From positions 215,738 through 279,737 of the forward strand of contig CAVTUQ010000009.1 in NCBI GenBank assembly GCA_963737905.1: DNA of 64,000 nt. Direction: 5' to 3'. This stretch comes from an uncultured delta proteobacterium (lineage in GTDB: Bacteria; Desulfobacterota; Binatia; UBA9968). The translations under genes were made by a program, and so were the position numbers. A model generated the notes under the pieces. That model was not told where the DNA came from. It made no database searches and was given only the letters and a program-made list of their open reading frames with translations. The first letter of the stretch is position 1. Every line of letters begins with the position of its first letter. Positions 1 through 11,087 of the stretch are shown here, in pieces.

Positions 1-2088
1 AATCTTTACGGTTGCGATCTGGCCCGCTCTCCCGACGGCCGCTGGTGGGTCATCGCCGACCGCACGCAGGGTCCCTCCGGCGCGGGATACGCGGTGCAAA
101 ACCGGCTCATCGTTACGCCTATGTATGGACGGCTGTTCCGATCGCTCGGCGTGCAGCGGCTCGCCGGTTTTTTCCGCACCTTGCAACAGCGGTTGGCGGC
201 TCTCGCCCCCACCGACGGCGAGGCGCCGCTCATCGCGCTCCTGACACCCGGGCCGTACAACGAAACATACTTCGAGCAGGTCTTCCTTGCTCGCTATCTG
301 GGCTTTGCCCTCGTGGAAGGGTCGGACCTCACCATACGTGATAATAGAGTCTATTTGAAAACCCTCGAAGGTCTAAAGCGGGTGCACGTTCTGCTCCGCC
401 GTCTCGACGACGAATACTGCGATCCATTGGCTCTGCGTACCGACTCTGCGCTCGGGGTGCCAGGGTTGCTTGGTGCCGTGCGTGCCGGAAATGTGGCCAT
501 CGCCAATGCTCTTGGCTCGGGGGTGCTGGAGACGCCCGCCTTGCCGGGTTTTCTCCCGGCAATTTGCCAAACGCTGCTCGGCGAGCCCCTTGAGCTACCT
601 TCCATTGCGACCTGGTGGTGTGGGGAAGCGCCGGCGCTCGAGCATGCGATCAAGCATCTCCCCGAGCTGGTCATCAAGCCGGCCTTTCCCTCCATGAAGC
701 TTGAACCGACTTTTGGACATGTACTCGACGGCGCTGGCCGGGAAGCGATGGTTGAGAGAATACGCGCGACGCCGCACGCCTTTGTGGCCCAGGAGTGGGT
801 GCGCCTTTCCCAGGCGCCTACTTGGTCCAGCGAGCGCGAGCGATTCGAGCCGCGGGTGGTCGGATTGCGGCTCTACGCGGTAGCCACCGCCACCGGCTAC
901 GACGTCATGCCCGGTGGACTCGCACGGGTCTCGCCCGAGACCAGCACCGAGGTTATCAGTATGCAGCGTGGCGGATCGAGCAAAGACACTTGGGTGCTGG
1001 ACGGTGCCGCGACGGTGTATCAATCGCTACTGCAGCCCCGTCTCACCGCCCGAGACATCGTACACAGCGGTTTTTACTCTCCTTCGCGCGCGGTGGAGAA
1101 TCTTTTCTGGATGGGACGTTACGCCGAGCGCGTCGAATCGGTTGGCCGTCTGCTGCGCGCCACGGCTCTGCGGCTGGTCGAAAGCGACCCGTCAAACTCG
1201 GCAGGTGTCGAGGTGCTGACCGCTTTGTGCGAAAGCGCGCGGCTTGGCGAAATGTCGCCCGCGGCCACGACGCCATCTTCGACGAGGAAAAAAGCAAAAA
1301 AAACAGTAAACGGCGGCGACGATTGGTTGCTGGCGGCCGTCGGGGATCCGCGAGTCGCAAACGGTGTTCCGGCTAACACGGCGCGCCTGCTCTACTGCGC
1401 GACCCAACTTCGGGATCGAATTTCGCTCGACAACTGGCATACCGTTCAACGTCTTGCTCATGCGCACGAGCCCGCGCCAAAGGATATCGAAGCCGCCTTG
1501 ACGATTATCGATCAAGTATTGCCTGCCTGCACCGCCCTTGCGGGCTACGCATTCGATGATATGACGCGAGACGATGCCTGGCGATTCCTGGCGACGGGAC
1601 GCCGCTTGGAGCGTATGGCCTTCCTGGCATCGGTGGTCGCCCAGGTCTTGGCGCGGCCGGAGGAGGAACGCGAGGCGGCGCTCGGCGCGCTCCTCGAAAT
1701 AGGTAACATCATCATCACCTATCGCGCGCGCTACCAGCGGCAGCCTGAACTCCTTCCGGTCGTCGATCTTCTGGTCAAAGACGAGTCGAATCCTCACGCG
1801 GTCTGCTTCCAGCTCGCGCTGCTCAGCCGGGAAGTTCACGAGTTCGAAGCTCGACTGGGTTTCCGCCCGATCAACAATCCACTTCCATTGCTCCACTCCC
1901 TTCGGCTGTTCGACTTGGCCGAGTTCGATAACCATCGTCTGTCCCATGGCGAGCCGGAGCGATTCGGCGAGTCCCTCGCCACGATGCTCAGGGCGTGCGA
2001 GCGCCTTGCCCACGGGCTTTCCGACGAGTTGTCGCAGCGTTTCTTCGTGCACGCGGGAGAGCGACCACAAGCGAGTGTGGCGGCATGA
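1..2088 (+). CDS. Circularly permuted type 2 ATP-grasp protein fused to alpha-E domain (5' end outside the window)
   Basis: Frame is open from base 1 (NLYGCDLARSPDGRWWVIADRTQGPSGAGY). Motifs LLTPGPYNETYFE, DPLALRTDSALGVPGL, GGSSKDTWV, then alpha-E motifs ENLFWMGRYAER and GRRLER. Confidence 0.9.
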   Translation, partial: NLYGCDLARSPDGRWWVIADRTQGPSGAGYAVQNRLIVTPMYGRLFRSLGVQRLAGFFRTLQQRLAALAPTDGEAPLIALLTPGPYNETYFEQVFLARYLGFALVEGSDLTIRDNRVYLKTLEGLKRVHVLLRRLDDEYCDPLALRTDSALGVPGLLGAVRAGNVAIANALGSGVLETPALPGFLPAICQTLLGEPLELPSIATWWCGEAPALEHAIKHLPELVIKPAFPSMKLEPTFGHVLDGAGREAMVERIRATPHAFVAQEWVRLSQAPTWSSERERFEPRVVGLRLYAVATATGYDVMPGGLARVSPETSTEVISMQRGGSSKDTWVLDGAATVYQSLLQPRLTARDIVHSGFYSPSRAVENLFWMGRYAERVESVGRLLRATALRLVESDPSNSAGVEVLTALCESARLGEMSPAATTPSSTRKKAKKTVNGGDDWLLAAVGDPRVANGVPANTARLLYCATQLRDRISLDNWHTVQRLAHAHEPAPKDIEAALTIIDQVLPACTALAGYAFDDMTRDDAWRFLATGRRLERMAFLASVVAQVLARPEEEREAALGALLEIGNIIITYRARYQRQPELLPVVDLLVKDESNPHAVCFQLALLSREVHEFEARLGFRPINNPLPLLHSLRLFDLAEFDNHRLSHGEPERFGESLATMLRACERLAHGLSDELSQRFFVHAGERPQASVAA

Positions 2089-2991
2089 GCGCGAGCAGTG
2101 TGCGTTGTTACCGGGTCGATGCATCGGACCACCTATCGGTATTCAGAGCCGGTGACCCTTTCTCATCAGCAGCTCCACCTGACCCCGCGCCTGCTCGCTT
2201 ACCAGCGCACCCGTGTGCACGAGGTGGCCATCACGCCGCCGCCGACCTATCGCCGGGAGCGCACAGACGCTTTCGGCAATCCGGTGACCGACATGGCCAT
2301 TGAGGCGCCCCATACCACGCTTGAGATTGTTGGCCGTTCGGTCATCGAAGTTGGCGGACGAGAACCTCCCGAGGCCGATAAAACAGTGGCCTGGGAAACC
2401 GTCCGCGAAGCGCTTGCTTATCGCGCCGGCTGGCGCCCGGACCCTGAGGCGCTCGAAGCCACACGGTTTCTCTTCGAATCGCCCCATGCGCGCGTAAAAA
2501 GGGACCTACGAGCCTACGCGAGCGATTGCTTCAGGCCTGGACGTTCGGTGCTGGAGGCGGCCCAGGGGCTCATGGACAAAATCCATGGTGAGTTCAAGTT
2601 TGATCCTGAGGCAACGACCACCACAACCCCGGTCATGACGTTCTTCGAGCAAAAGCGCGGCGTGTGTCAGGACTTCACCCACTTTATGATTTCTTGCTTG
2701 CGTTCCACCGGGCTCCCCGCTCGTTACCTGAGCGGCTATCTCGTGCCGCGATCAACGTCGGGTAAACAACGGCCGGTGGGGGCGGAGGCCTCCCATGCGT
2801 GGGTGGCCGTGTTCGTTCCCGGCAGCGGCTGGGTCGAGCTCGATCCGACCAATAACGTGCTGCCGTCCTTGGGGCATATTACGTTGGGATGGGGCCGCGA
2901 TTTCTCCGATGTGACGCCGTTACGCGGTGTCATCAATGGCGGCGGAGAGCAGAGGCTTACGGTAAAAGTGACCATCGAGTTGGATGAGTAA
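2085..2991 (+). CDS. Transglutaminase family protein (one apparent extra base near 2118)
   Basis: ATGA overlap with the upstream stop gives MSASSVRCYRV, continuing as HRTTYRY after removing one base. Catalytic GVCQDF, SHAW, ELDPTN, GRDFSDV. Confidence 0.88.
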
Positions 2992-2996
2992 GGAAC

Positions 2997-3017
2997 GGAG
3001 TAGCGGAGTACTGGATT
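2997..3017. repeat. Short 8-nt-period GGAGT repeat remnant
   Basis: GGAGTAGC GGAGTACT GGATT between convergent stops; same unit type as 45700-45767. Confidence 0.4.
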
Positions 3018-3022
3018 ATCAA

Positions 3023-3754
3023 TCACTCCTGTGTCAGCGCCATAATAATGTCGGCGTACCAGGCGCAGTTGAGGTTTAGCCGTTCGTCCTGCTCGATGTC
3101 GCGGTTGGTCACGTCCATCCGAGCCGCATGGACGCCCAAAAGCATCCATGGCAAGTCTCCACGACCCGACCGTTCCCCGGTCTGACGCGTCACCACCGGC
3201 GCGCCGCTGGTGCCGCGGTGCATCCGCGCGTCGGTCAGGAAGTAGCCCTGACCTTGAAAGCGGAGGCCAAACGCCGAGGCGATGACCGCTTGTCTTACCA
3301 CCGGCAGATGATGCAGCGTGTCATGAAAGCCCAGCGGGAAACCGACGATGAGCACCCGCGTGCCGACTTCGATCTCATCCAGCTCCTCTATCAGATGATT
3401 GGGCGTAAACGACTGAAGCAGGAGCTTGTCCGGTAGAGCGGTGCGCTCGAGCTCGAGAGCGACGACGTCCACCGTGCCGGCTGGGTCGATACCCTCCCGC
3501 CACACCGGCTGGGTTCCTCGGTAAAGCGGGATGGCGAATCCGGTCGTTATCGCCACGTTTTCCGGATCGACATGCAGCTCAATTTCCAGCCGGTCGGGAC
3601 GATGGTCGCTCGCCTCGTCCAGCACCACGTGTCGATTCGTTACGAGAAACAATCGACCCTCTCGCTCGAAGAAGAAGCCGGTGGCATTGGTCAGTTGTTG
3701 TTGTCCTAAAAAAGTAGAGACCCGGGTTACAGAAAGTAAGAGCGATTCAATCAC
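3023..3754 (-). CDS. Trypsin-like serine protease
   Basis: ATGFF, VTNRHV (His), DVVAL (Asp), GFP, GTSGAPV (Ser). Confidence 0.85.
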   Translation of the reverse strand: MIESLLLSVTRVSTFLGQQQLTNATGFFFEREGRLFLVTNRHVVLDEASDHRPDRLEIELHVDPENVAITTGFAIPLYRGTQPVWREGIDPAGTVDVVALELERTALPDKLLLQSFTPNHLIEELDEIEVGTRVLIVGFPLGFHDTLHHLPVVRQAVIASAFGLRFQGQGYFLTDARMHRGTSGAPVVTRQTGERSGRGDLPWMLLGVHAARMDVTNRDIEQDERLNLNCAWYADIIMALTQE

Positions 3755-3972
3755 GATCGATGTCCTAACATTCCATCATTCCAGACTTCGCTTCTCTGTC
3801 AACACTCTGAGGGTTGCCCGCTGGCCCGGACTATTCATGGACCGAGGAGCGGGCGGCTGCGCAACATTCTTAGTAATTTCGTCCACATCCCAGAGACTAG
3901 AGAATTTTAACGCCCTGGGGCAATGGCTGGTTCGCTCAACAGGGTAACCGAATTTTTCCTGATACTTGTTTT

Positions 3973-5037
3973 TCATTTTCCCTCCGGAACCTCTCCTTTC
4001 CAGAGCTCCTTGAGAAAGCCGCTTTTTTCGAGATTCTCGACAAACGTGTTGTCAAAGACTTCGGCCGGTTTTTTTCTGATGCTCGTGCCTTCCTCGCGCG
4101 CAGTCTCGATAGTTTCTGCAACCAACTTCGGCGGAACGATCATACGCCGATTGACGAGTCTCACGGCATAGGCGTCATAGGCAGATTGAAGGACCGCCGG
4201 GTCCTTTATGCTCAAGGTCTTGCCCACAGCGGCCATCGCCTGCTGCGGGTTTTTCTCCACAAAGTAAACCGTTTCGGCGAGGCCGGCTACGAACCTTTGC
4301 ACCAGCAGGGGTTTCTCCTTCAATGTTCTGGAATTTGTGAAAACGGAGCTATAGATGAAGGGAAACCCAAGGTCGTTGAGGTGGTAGATCACATTGAAGC
4401 CATCCTTTCTGCCTTGGACATCCAGAGGCGGTTGGATGAGCGTGGCTTGGACGATGTCCTGCAACAGAGCGCTATAGCGCTCTGTTGGCGTACCTCCGAG
4501 GGGACGCAACGTTACTTCTGTCTCCGTCAGGTTAGACTTTTTAAGAAACGCCCGCGCGAGCCGGTGAGGCAGATCTCCCGGACGCGTGACCCCGATACTC
4601 TTGCCTTTGAGATCCGCAGGCTTTTTTATGTCCCCTCGAGCCAGAACCACATAAGGCAGACCCACAAGAGGCGAAGCGACCAGTTTGCCGTCGGCGCCAG
4701 TGGCGATCCGTACGATATTGGTGTCAGCGTTGCAGTAAAGGAACTGGATTTCGTTCGACGTCAAGGCAGCCATGGCCACGACGCCGCCCCGGAGCACGAC
4801 ATGTTCGACGTTGATGCCGTATTTATCAAACATGCGGTTGTTGAGCGCAGCGTACAGATGGATAAAACCACCCGTGACTGCGCAGGTTCCCACGCGCGCC
4901 TTCACCACCGGTTCGCCCGGCTTGGCAAGGTAAGGGTTGGCATGCGCAAACTCTCCTTGCGCGCAGATCAACACAGTGACAAAGGTGAGCGCGATGAAGA
5001 CATCTTTAGCTGGCCAGATATTTGGTAGTCGTTTCAT
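3973..5037 (-). CDS. ABC substrate-binding protein, NMT1/SsuA/THI5-like
   Basis: Signal peptide; DLKGKSIGV; C-terminal DNTFVENLEKSGFL. Confidence 0.85.
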   Translation of the reverse strand: MKRLPNIWPAKDVFIALTFVTVLICAQGEFAHANPYLAKPGEPVVKARVGTCAVTGGFIHLYAALNNRMFDKYGINVEHVVLRGGVVAMAALTSNEIQFLYCNADTNIVRIATGADGKLVASPLVGLPYVVLARGDIKKPADLKGKSIGVTRPGDLPHRLARAFLKKSNLTETEVTLRPLGGTPTERYSALLQDIVQATLIQPPLDVQGRKDGFNVIYHLNDLGFPFIYSSVFTNSRTLKEKPLLVQRFVAGLAETVYFVEKNPQQAMAAVGKTLSIKDPAVLQSAYDAYAVRLVNRRMIVPPKLVAETIETAREEGTSIRKKPAEVFDNTFVENLEKSGFLKELWKGEVPEGK

Positions 5038-5374
5038 CTAAAGAGATTTCCTTCTCGGAAAGAATCGTCCTAACGATGCAAGTCGTCAATCCACTAGCCA
5101 AAGTTAATTCGCGGTGAAACTCGCCACAGCTATTACCATGATCGACTTTATTGCGATCACTATCGCTTAGCAACAAAGAACGGATGCTGAATAAATTACG
5201 AGCGCGGTGATTGCGAGACTTTGTTTTTCACCTTCTAAATCCAAAATTTAAGAGTATCGAGAAGGTAGGAAATTACATGCACTGAAGGTTATGACCTTCA
5301 GAATTCACAAAACTCTTATCCCAATTTTCGCCCAAAAATTCAGCTCTAACGTAGGAAATCTAACATCCAGCTCT

Positions 5375-5391
5375 TAGGCACAAGCTTTGCT
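5375..5391 (+). promoter_or_regulatory. Sigma-54 (-24/-12) promoter candidate
   Basis: TAGGCACAAGCTTTGCT = GG-N10-GC matching TGGCAC-N5-TTGC. GTAGGAAAT is repeated upstream at 5265 and 5351. Confidence 0.65.
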
Positions 5392-5626
5392 GGTTGTGAC
5401 GAAGAAATCTAAAAAATTACGAACCGGAGTTTTCTCCGGTCGAGAAATTCCTATTTACATCGCCGGTGCGGCGACACGGTAAACCTTTGTCCTGTGCCTC
5501 CACGGTACCGTAAGAGCACGAGGCGCAACGCCCACGATTGCCAGTTTCATGTTTAAGGAACGTCATCAAGAAATCTTCGATACCTCGAGCCCAAGTCGAG
5601 ATTTTTTCTAGAAAGGAAACACCATT

Positions 5627-6966
5627 GTGAAAAAAAAATTATTTGTGTCTTTGTTTTCTATCTTGGCGCTAGCCGGGTTTCTAATTGCAACCGCGTCATC
5701 CCAGTCGCGCCGCCAAAGCCACCGAGATAGATTCCGTCATAACGGCGTGATTGAAGACGAAGATCGTTCCGCCTTTGGCGGCCGGAGAAGCGACGCTACT
5801 GAAGCGCCCACCGGCTTTGACAATATGACCAACGGTTTCGATGAACAGGGGCCGGATTTCGAGAGCTTGAATGAGGACACCGTCGTAGCGCTGCGCTCAT
5901 TTAACGATAACCGGTTTATCTTCGAGGAAGTTGAAAAGATTCAAGACGGGCTTGGGCCCACGTATAACGGGCAGAGCTGCAGGGAGTGCCATCAGAACGT
6001 CGTCACAGGAGGCGCCAGCCAGGTAGCGGAGCTTCGATCAGGACGCACGGAAGACGGCCAGTTCTTTGAATCTCTGGGCGGCACCCTTATCCATTCGCGG
6101 GCGACCTATCCCGACATCGTGGAGCAGATCACCGACGAGGATAACACCAGAACTTTCCGCATATCGACAAACACCCTCGGCAGCGGCTTTGTAGAGGCTA
6201 TCGCCAACAGCACACTGCTTGCGATCCGTGCAAAACAGCCTCAGGCGATGCGCGGCACGGCCGTTATGGTTCCGGTACTCGAAGCCAATAGCAACGCGCG
6301 TATCGGCCGTTTCGGGTGGAAAAGTCAGCATGCGACCCTCGAATCATTTTCCACCGACGCTTACCTCAACGAAATGGGCATCACCACTCCGCTGTTAGCC
6401 GAAGAAAACACTTCTAATGGAAAATATGTGGGTTACGGTTCCGGTTATGATCCGGTTCCCGAGCCGGAGGACGACGGTGAAGATGTTGTGGCCTTCGCGA
6501 ACTTCATGCGCTCGACGAAAGCCCCGGCGCGCGGGACCGACAACCGACGACGTTTTGGCCGGCGAAGCGTTGTTTAACAAGGTTGGGTGCGATACTTGCC
6601 ATACGCCATCGATCACCACGGCCCGCGCGGGAGCGAAGATCAATGGCGGTGTCTTTGTTGTTCCAGAAGCTCTGGGTAACAAGATTATCCATCCTTACAG
6701 CGACTTCTTGTTGCACGACATCGGGACGGGCGACGGCATACCCGTTCTGCCGTTGCCGGAATATGCAGCAACAGCGAATCAGATGCGGACGGCTCCGTTG
6801 TGGGCGCTCAGAACACGAAACCGCCTGATGCACGATGGTCAGTCGATGACCAAACGGGATGCCATCCAGCGTCATGCCGGGCAGGCGGCGAACGTGACGC
6901 AATACATTCAACGCGCTCTCCGACGCGGAGAAGAACCAATTGGTAGCGTTCCTGAATTCGCTGTAA
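5627..6966 (+). CDS. Di-heme oxidoreductase (DHOR-like) exported protein; two apparent extra bases near 6536 and 6906
   Basis: Signal peptide; GLGPTYN..SCRECH, GRFGWK, GCDTCH, YSDFLLHDIG, RTAPLW, LMHDG. Repaired end reads QLVAFLNSL-stop. Confidence 0.85.
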
Positions 6967-7049
6967 CGGAGAGTATCGAGAGCGTTTCCTTGACACAGAA
7001 AGAACCGTCCGATAATGGCTAGGAAGAAACAAATTTCAGGAGAAATGCC

Positions 7050-8198
7050 ATGCAAGTCATCGATTCGGACGGGCATCTGCATGAGCCTTTCGATCTCTTC
7101 GAACGCCATATAGAGAAAGAATTCTATTCCATGCGTCCTCGCGTGGTGGAACTGCGCGACGAACAAAGAGACGAAGGGCGTTGGTTGGTCGAGGGGCGGC
7201 TGGTTCCTCGTCTTCCTTTCACCAAGGGTGTTGGTGGTGGCGGCTTCCGATATCAAACGCCGCGCCACGCCCAGATGAAAGCCAAAGACAATTCACTGGA
7301 CGACATCGAAGGCCGGCTCCAGGATCTGGACCACATGGCAATTGATTTTCAGGTGGTCTACCCGACGGCGCTTGTCTGGGTTTTCGACCTGGAAAACAAG
7401 GAATTGGCCGCCGCCGTCTGCCGCGCCTACAATAATTACATCGCCGAACAATGCGCGAACGCGCCCAAGAGATTAAGTGGTGTTGCTCTGCTGCCGATTC
7501 AAGATCCGCCGGCGGCTGTCGAAGAAGCGCGGCGCGCCATCCAAAAGCTCGGTTTGCTCGGCGTTGTCATTCCCGGGATAGTCGGGAAGAAGCCGCTTCA
7601 CGCTAAAGAGTTCATTCCATTCTTCGAGACGATGAATGAACTGAACGCGCCCATAGGGTTCCACGCCGTCACCGGTATGCACTACACGCCGTGGGCGGAC
7701 TGCTTCACTGATTTTTTCTCCACCCACGTCACGGCGATGCCCTTCTCGATGATGGTGGCGATGATGTCGATGGTTCGCTCAGGACTGTTGAAGACGCTGC
7801 CTCGTTTGCGCTGCGCGTTCCTGGAGATCGGCGCGAGCTGGTTCCCTTATTGGAATTGGTGGGTGGGAAAACATATTGAGCATGTCCTGGAGCCGCGCGC
7901 GGGCCGCAAAGAAAGCAGCTGGGGCAGAGAGCCTTACGAGTTGCCGTCCACGGTTCATGAGCCCATCGAAGATATCCTCGAAGGCAGAATCTTGAGCGGC
8001 TTTGAAGCGGATGAAAACCTGCGTTCGATTATCGATCAACTCGGCAGCAAGGGATTCATGTACGCCAGCGATTATCCCCATAGCGATATGGAATGGGACC
8101 GCGTTCAGTCGATCAAACGATCCGAGGCTCTAACCGCCGCGGAGAAGGCTGACCTGTTGGGTGAAAATGCCCGGCGCTTCTACAATTTGGAGATTTGA
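7050..8198 (+). CDS. Amidohydrolase_2 family protein
   Basis: IDSDGHLHE, CRAYNN, ASDYPHSD, LGENARRFY; RBS AGGAG. Confidence 0.9.
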   Translation: MQVIDSDGHLHEPFDLFERHIEKEFYSMRPRVVELRDEQRDEGRWLVEGRLVPRLPFTKGVGGGGFRYQTPRHAQMKAKDNSLDDIEGRLQDLDHMAIDFQVVYPTALVWVFDLENKELAAAVCRAYNNYIAEQCANAPKRLSGVALLPIQDPPAAVEEARRAIQKLGLLGVVIPGIVGKKPLHAKEFIPFFETMNELNAPIGFHAVTGMHYTPWADCFTDFFSTHVTAMPFSMMVAMMSMVRSGLLKTLPRLRCAFLEIGASWFPYWNWWVGKHIEHVLEPRAGRKESSWGREPYELPSTVHEPIEDILEGRILSGFEADENLRSIIDQLGSKGFMYASDYPHSDMEWDRVQSIKRSEALTAAEKADLLGENARRFYNLEI

Positions 8199-8358
8199 AA
8201 TCTTTATAGGCTCCTTAAAGTAGCCCTCCCGCTGATCGAAGCACGGCTGCTCGAAAAAAAGCGCAAGCGTCTGCGGGCGATCGCCGTGGAAGGTCCCGCG
8301 GTTTGTATGATCGTCTTGAGCTTCAGCCTCTCAAACCTCTCGTTTTCAGGCAACGGCG

Positions 8359-10041
8359 TCATTTCACCAGCTCAACGTAACCCATGCGGTTTGAAAGATT
8401 GCCGGACCACCAGACACGGTTCGGATTGTTTTGGTCGACCTCGATCCTTCTCGCATCCGACTCCGCGCTAGCTAGGGGAAATTCCACCCACGTTTCGGTT
8501 TTGGGATCGAAACGCGCAATCTTGTCCACGTGCTGTAAACTCACCCAGATCAGATTATGCTTTAGGTCTACGTCCGCCAAATAAAGTCCGGAATCCTCGC
8601 TTGGCGGCGTATAGACGGTCATCTTGGTGGTTTTGTAATCGATCTTCATCAGCTTTCCCGCGCCATGAAGGCCGACCCAGATGTTTCCTTCGGCGTCCGT
8701 CCCCATCTTCCGCGGAACGGAGTCTTCCACTGGGATGTCAAACTCATCGATCTTGCCCGTGACTGGGTCGATTCGGCCCATCTTGTTCATGGCGTTCTCG
8801 GCAAACCAGATCATGCCATCACCCGCTATGGCCATCCCATACGGGTTGGCGGTCCGTCCCGCCTTGACCCCTGCAGGAACGTCAAAGAAAGTGAACTGCC
8901 TGGTTCTCGGATCCAAGCGAATGACCTGGTTGCCGGCGATGGAATTTAACCAAACCGTTCCATTAGGATGGACACGCATCGTATTTCCGCTGGCGTTGCC
9001 GGTTTTGGTTTTTGGCAGCTCAAAGACACTGAATTCCCTTGCCCTTGTGTCATAGCTCAACCATCGGCGGTTGGGTCCACCATCCATCACCCAAAGTTTA
9101 TTGTTAGGACCGGTCCTGATGCCGTTCAGACGAAGGAATTTCGATGGTGCGGGAGGCGGGGCGACATCGGTGTAGATCAAAGTTTTGGGATCCAAGCGGC
9201 CCAGGTGCCCGCCTCTTCGTTGGCTGACCCAACCATTTCCGTCGGAGTCCACTGCCACCTCGTGCGGTTCCGCGTCGCGAATAGGCAGCTCATATTCTAC
9301 GGCTATATATTTGGTTGCCTCCCCTTGGAGTAGGGTCCTGGGCAAGCGGCTATTAGGATCCGGCTTCGATCTTGCGGCCCTCTCTCTTGCGCCGAAATTC
9401 GTTGCCACATAGTCCAACAGAACTTTAGCTTCTTGATCGGTCAAATCTTTGGCAAGCGTTGAGCCCCGTGCGTAAAGGCGCATGTTCTGTATAATTTCTT
9501 CCCAGCGGCCCCGGTCAGCTCGGGCTCTCACGATCCGTTGGGCGTCATGGCAAGCAACGGCACATTTCGTCTCGACGATCTGCTTGCCCACTCCTTCCGC
9601 TAGAGTCGGAGCGCCTCTTGTTGCCGCTTCCGCTTCGCCGCCCCGCTCACCTGGCCTCCTGCCCGGCCATGCTCCAGGCAGCTGCGGTGTCCGCATCGCC
9701 GTCAGAGACAGATCCAGTGTCGCTGGCCGGCCAGCGGCTACGTCTATTGGAGCAGACAGCTCGCTCTGGTAGTCGCCTGCGATCGCTTGTACGACATATT
9801 TTCCGGCAGGAAGATTATTGGCTGTGAAACGGCCTTGCGCTTGGGTGGCGACCATAAACATGATTGGCCGCTCCGCATTTTTCAATTTCACAAATGCCCC
9901 AGAGACCGGCGCCTCTGACGAATTCTTGACCACGCCCTGTAGCGTGCCTGACCTATCTTGTGCCTGAGTGAGGTGGGGGTTGAGAATCGTGATGAAAGAC
10001 AAGGTCAGAATAACTATTTGCGACGAAATTTGCTTGAACAT
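8359..10041 (-). CDS. Exported protein: carboxypeptidase-regulatory-like domain + cytochrome c-like domain + Vgb-like beta-propeller
   Basis: Signal peptide; GTLQGVVKN..NLPAGKYVV; CAVACH heme-like motif; propeller repeats such as EPHEVAVDSDGNGW and NPYGMAIAGDGMIWF. Confidence 0.8.
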   Translation of the reverse strand: MFKQISSQIVILTLSFITILNPHLTQAQDRSGTLQGVVKNSSEAPVSGAFVKLKNAERPIMFMVATQAQGRFTANNLPAGKYVVQAIAGDYQSELSAPIDVAAGRPATLDLSLTAMRTPQLPGAWPGRRPGERGGEAEAATRGAPTLAEGVGKQIVETKCAVACHDAQRIVRARADRGRWEEIIQNMRLYARGSTLAKDLTDQEAKVLLDYVATNFGARERAARSKPDPNSRLPRTLLQGEATKYIAVEYELPIRDAEPHEVAVDSDGNGWVSQRRGGHLGRLDPKTLIYTDVAPPPAPSKFLRLNGIRTGPNNKLWVMDGGPNRRWLSYDTRAREFSVFELPKTKTGNASGNTMRVHPNGTVWLNSIAGNQVIRLDPRTRQFTFFDVPAGVKAGRTANPYGMAIAGDGMIWFAENAMNKMGRIDPVTGKIDEFDIPVEDSVPRKMGTDAEGNIWVGLHGAGKLMKIDYKTTKMTVYTPPSEDSGLYLADVDLKHNLIWVSLQHVDKIARFDPKTETWVEFPLASAESDARRIEVDQNNPNRVWWSGNLSNRMGYVELVK

Positions 10042-10616
10042 TGCCTTCCTCCCGCCCTTAGGGCATTTAGGTTAAAAACGGCTGTCCAACAAAAACCTCT
10101 TCTCTCGCTTCATTCGTCCAATGGCTTGCTTTACTTGCCTTGCGGAATGTCAATCTGCGCCGAAGCTATCTCAGAGATCTTCTCGACGTCAAGCTCAAAA
10201 AGGTTTTGACCGCTGGATGATGCCGTGAGGTGCAACACTGGAGTCTTGGCCCCAAAATCAATTAATAAATCTAACGCCGTTTCATGAATATTCTCGGGTG
10301 ACATTACTTATTAAACAGATTTCGTAGACACCACACTAGTCAGCGCTCACAATTGAATTGAGCTTGTCAAAAAAACGAGCGCATCTTCCGCAAGCTCGAA
10401 AGAGAAGGGACGTACCCAAGTAGCTGGACGCTGCACGTTGTGCATGGTATGGCCGATCAGTATTCCGACATCTCGGCTTAGAGACATTCAGGCCCGTCCT
10501 TTCAGCCAACTCCGGAGGCTAACCTGAGTTCACCAACACCAACCGACAGAGAAGCACCTGAAACGCCGAGTGTCGAGGACGCAATTTCCAGGCAAACCTG
10601 GCGCTCTCTCCACGCT

Positions 10617-11087
10617 TTGCGTCGACTGCGGATCTTGGATGCGCTCGGCCATCGCGAGTTCCGCTTGTTATGGTACGGCCAGATATTCTCGTCCATGGCA
10701 ACATGGATGGACCACGTTGCCCGTGGGTGGCTTATCTATGAGCTGACGGACTCAGCGTTCCAGTTGGGATTGGTGCGAGGAATTCAGGCCATCCCGATTC
10801 TCTTGCTGTCCCCGCTGGCGGGGAGCACCGCCGACCGCTATTCGCGCAAGATGCAAGTCGTGGTAGCTCAAGTGGTGGACGGATTGTTGTACGCTGTGAT
10901 CGCACTGCTGATAGTTACAGGCGAGATCCAGCCGTGGCACGTCTATGTGACCGCCTTTGGCATGTCCATCGTCTGGACTTTTCAGCAACCCTCCCGGGCC
11001 GCCATGGTCGGGGATGCAGTGCCATTGAATCAACTGACCAACGCCGTCCATCGACTCACCCCGACTATCAGAGGGAAGTGGAGTTAA
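10617..11087 (+). pseudogene. Truncated MFS transporter (N-terminal helices only)
   Basis: LGHREFRLLWYGQ, AGSTADRYSRK, FQQPSRAAM..QLTNAV then similarity is lost; 156 aa against about 400 expected. Confidence 0.7.

Noticed and set aside
5473-5553. Possible c-di-GMP-I riboswitch (GGTAAAC...GCGCAA...TTGCC)
   Set aside because: The GNRA tetraloop stem and the second stem could not be built by eye; needs an Rfam search.
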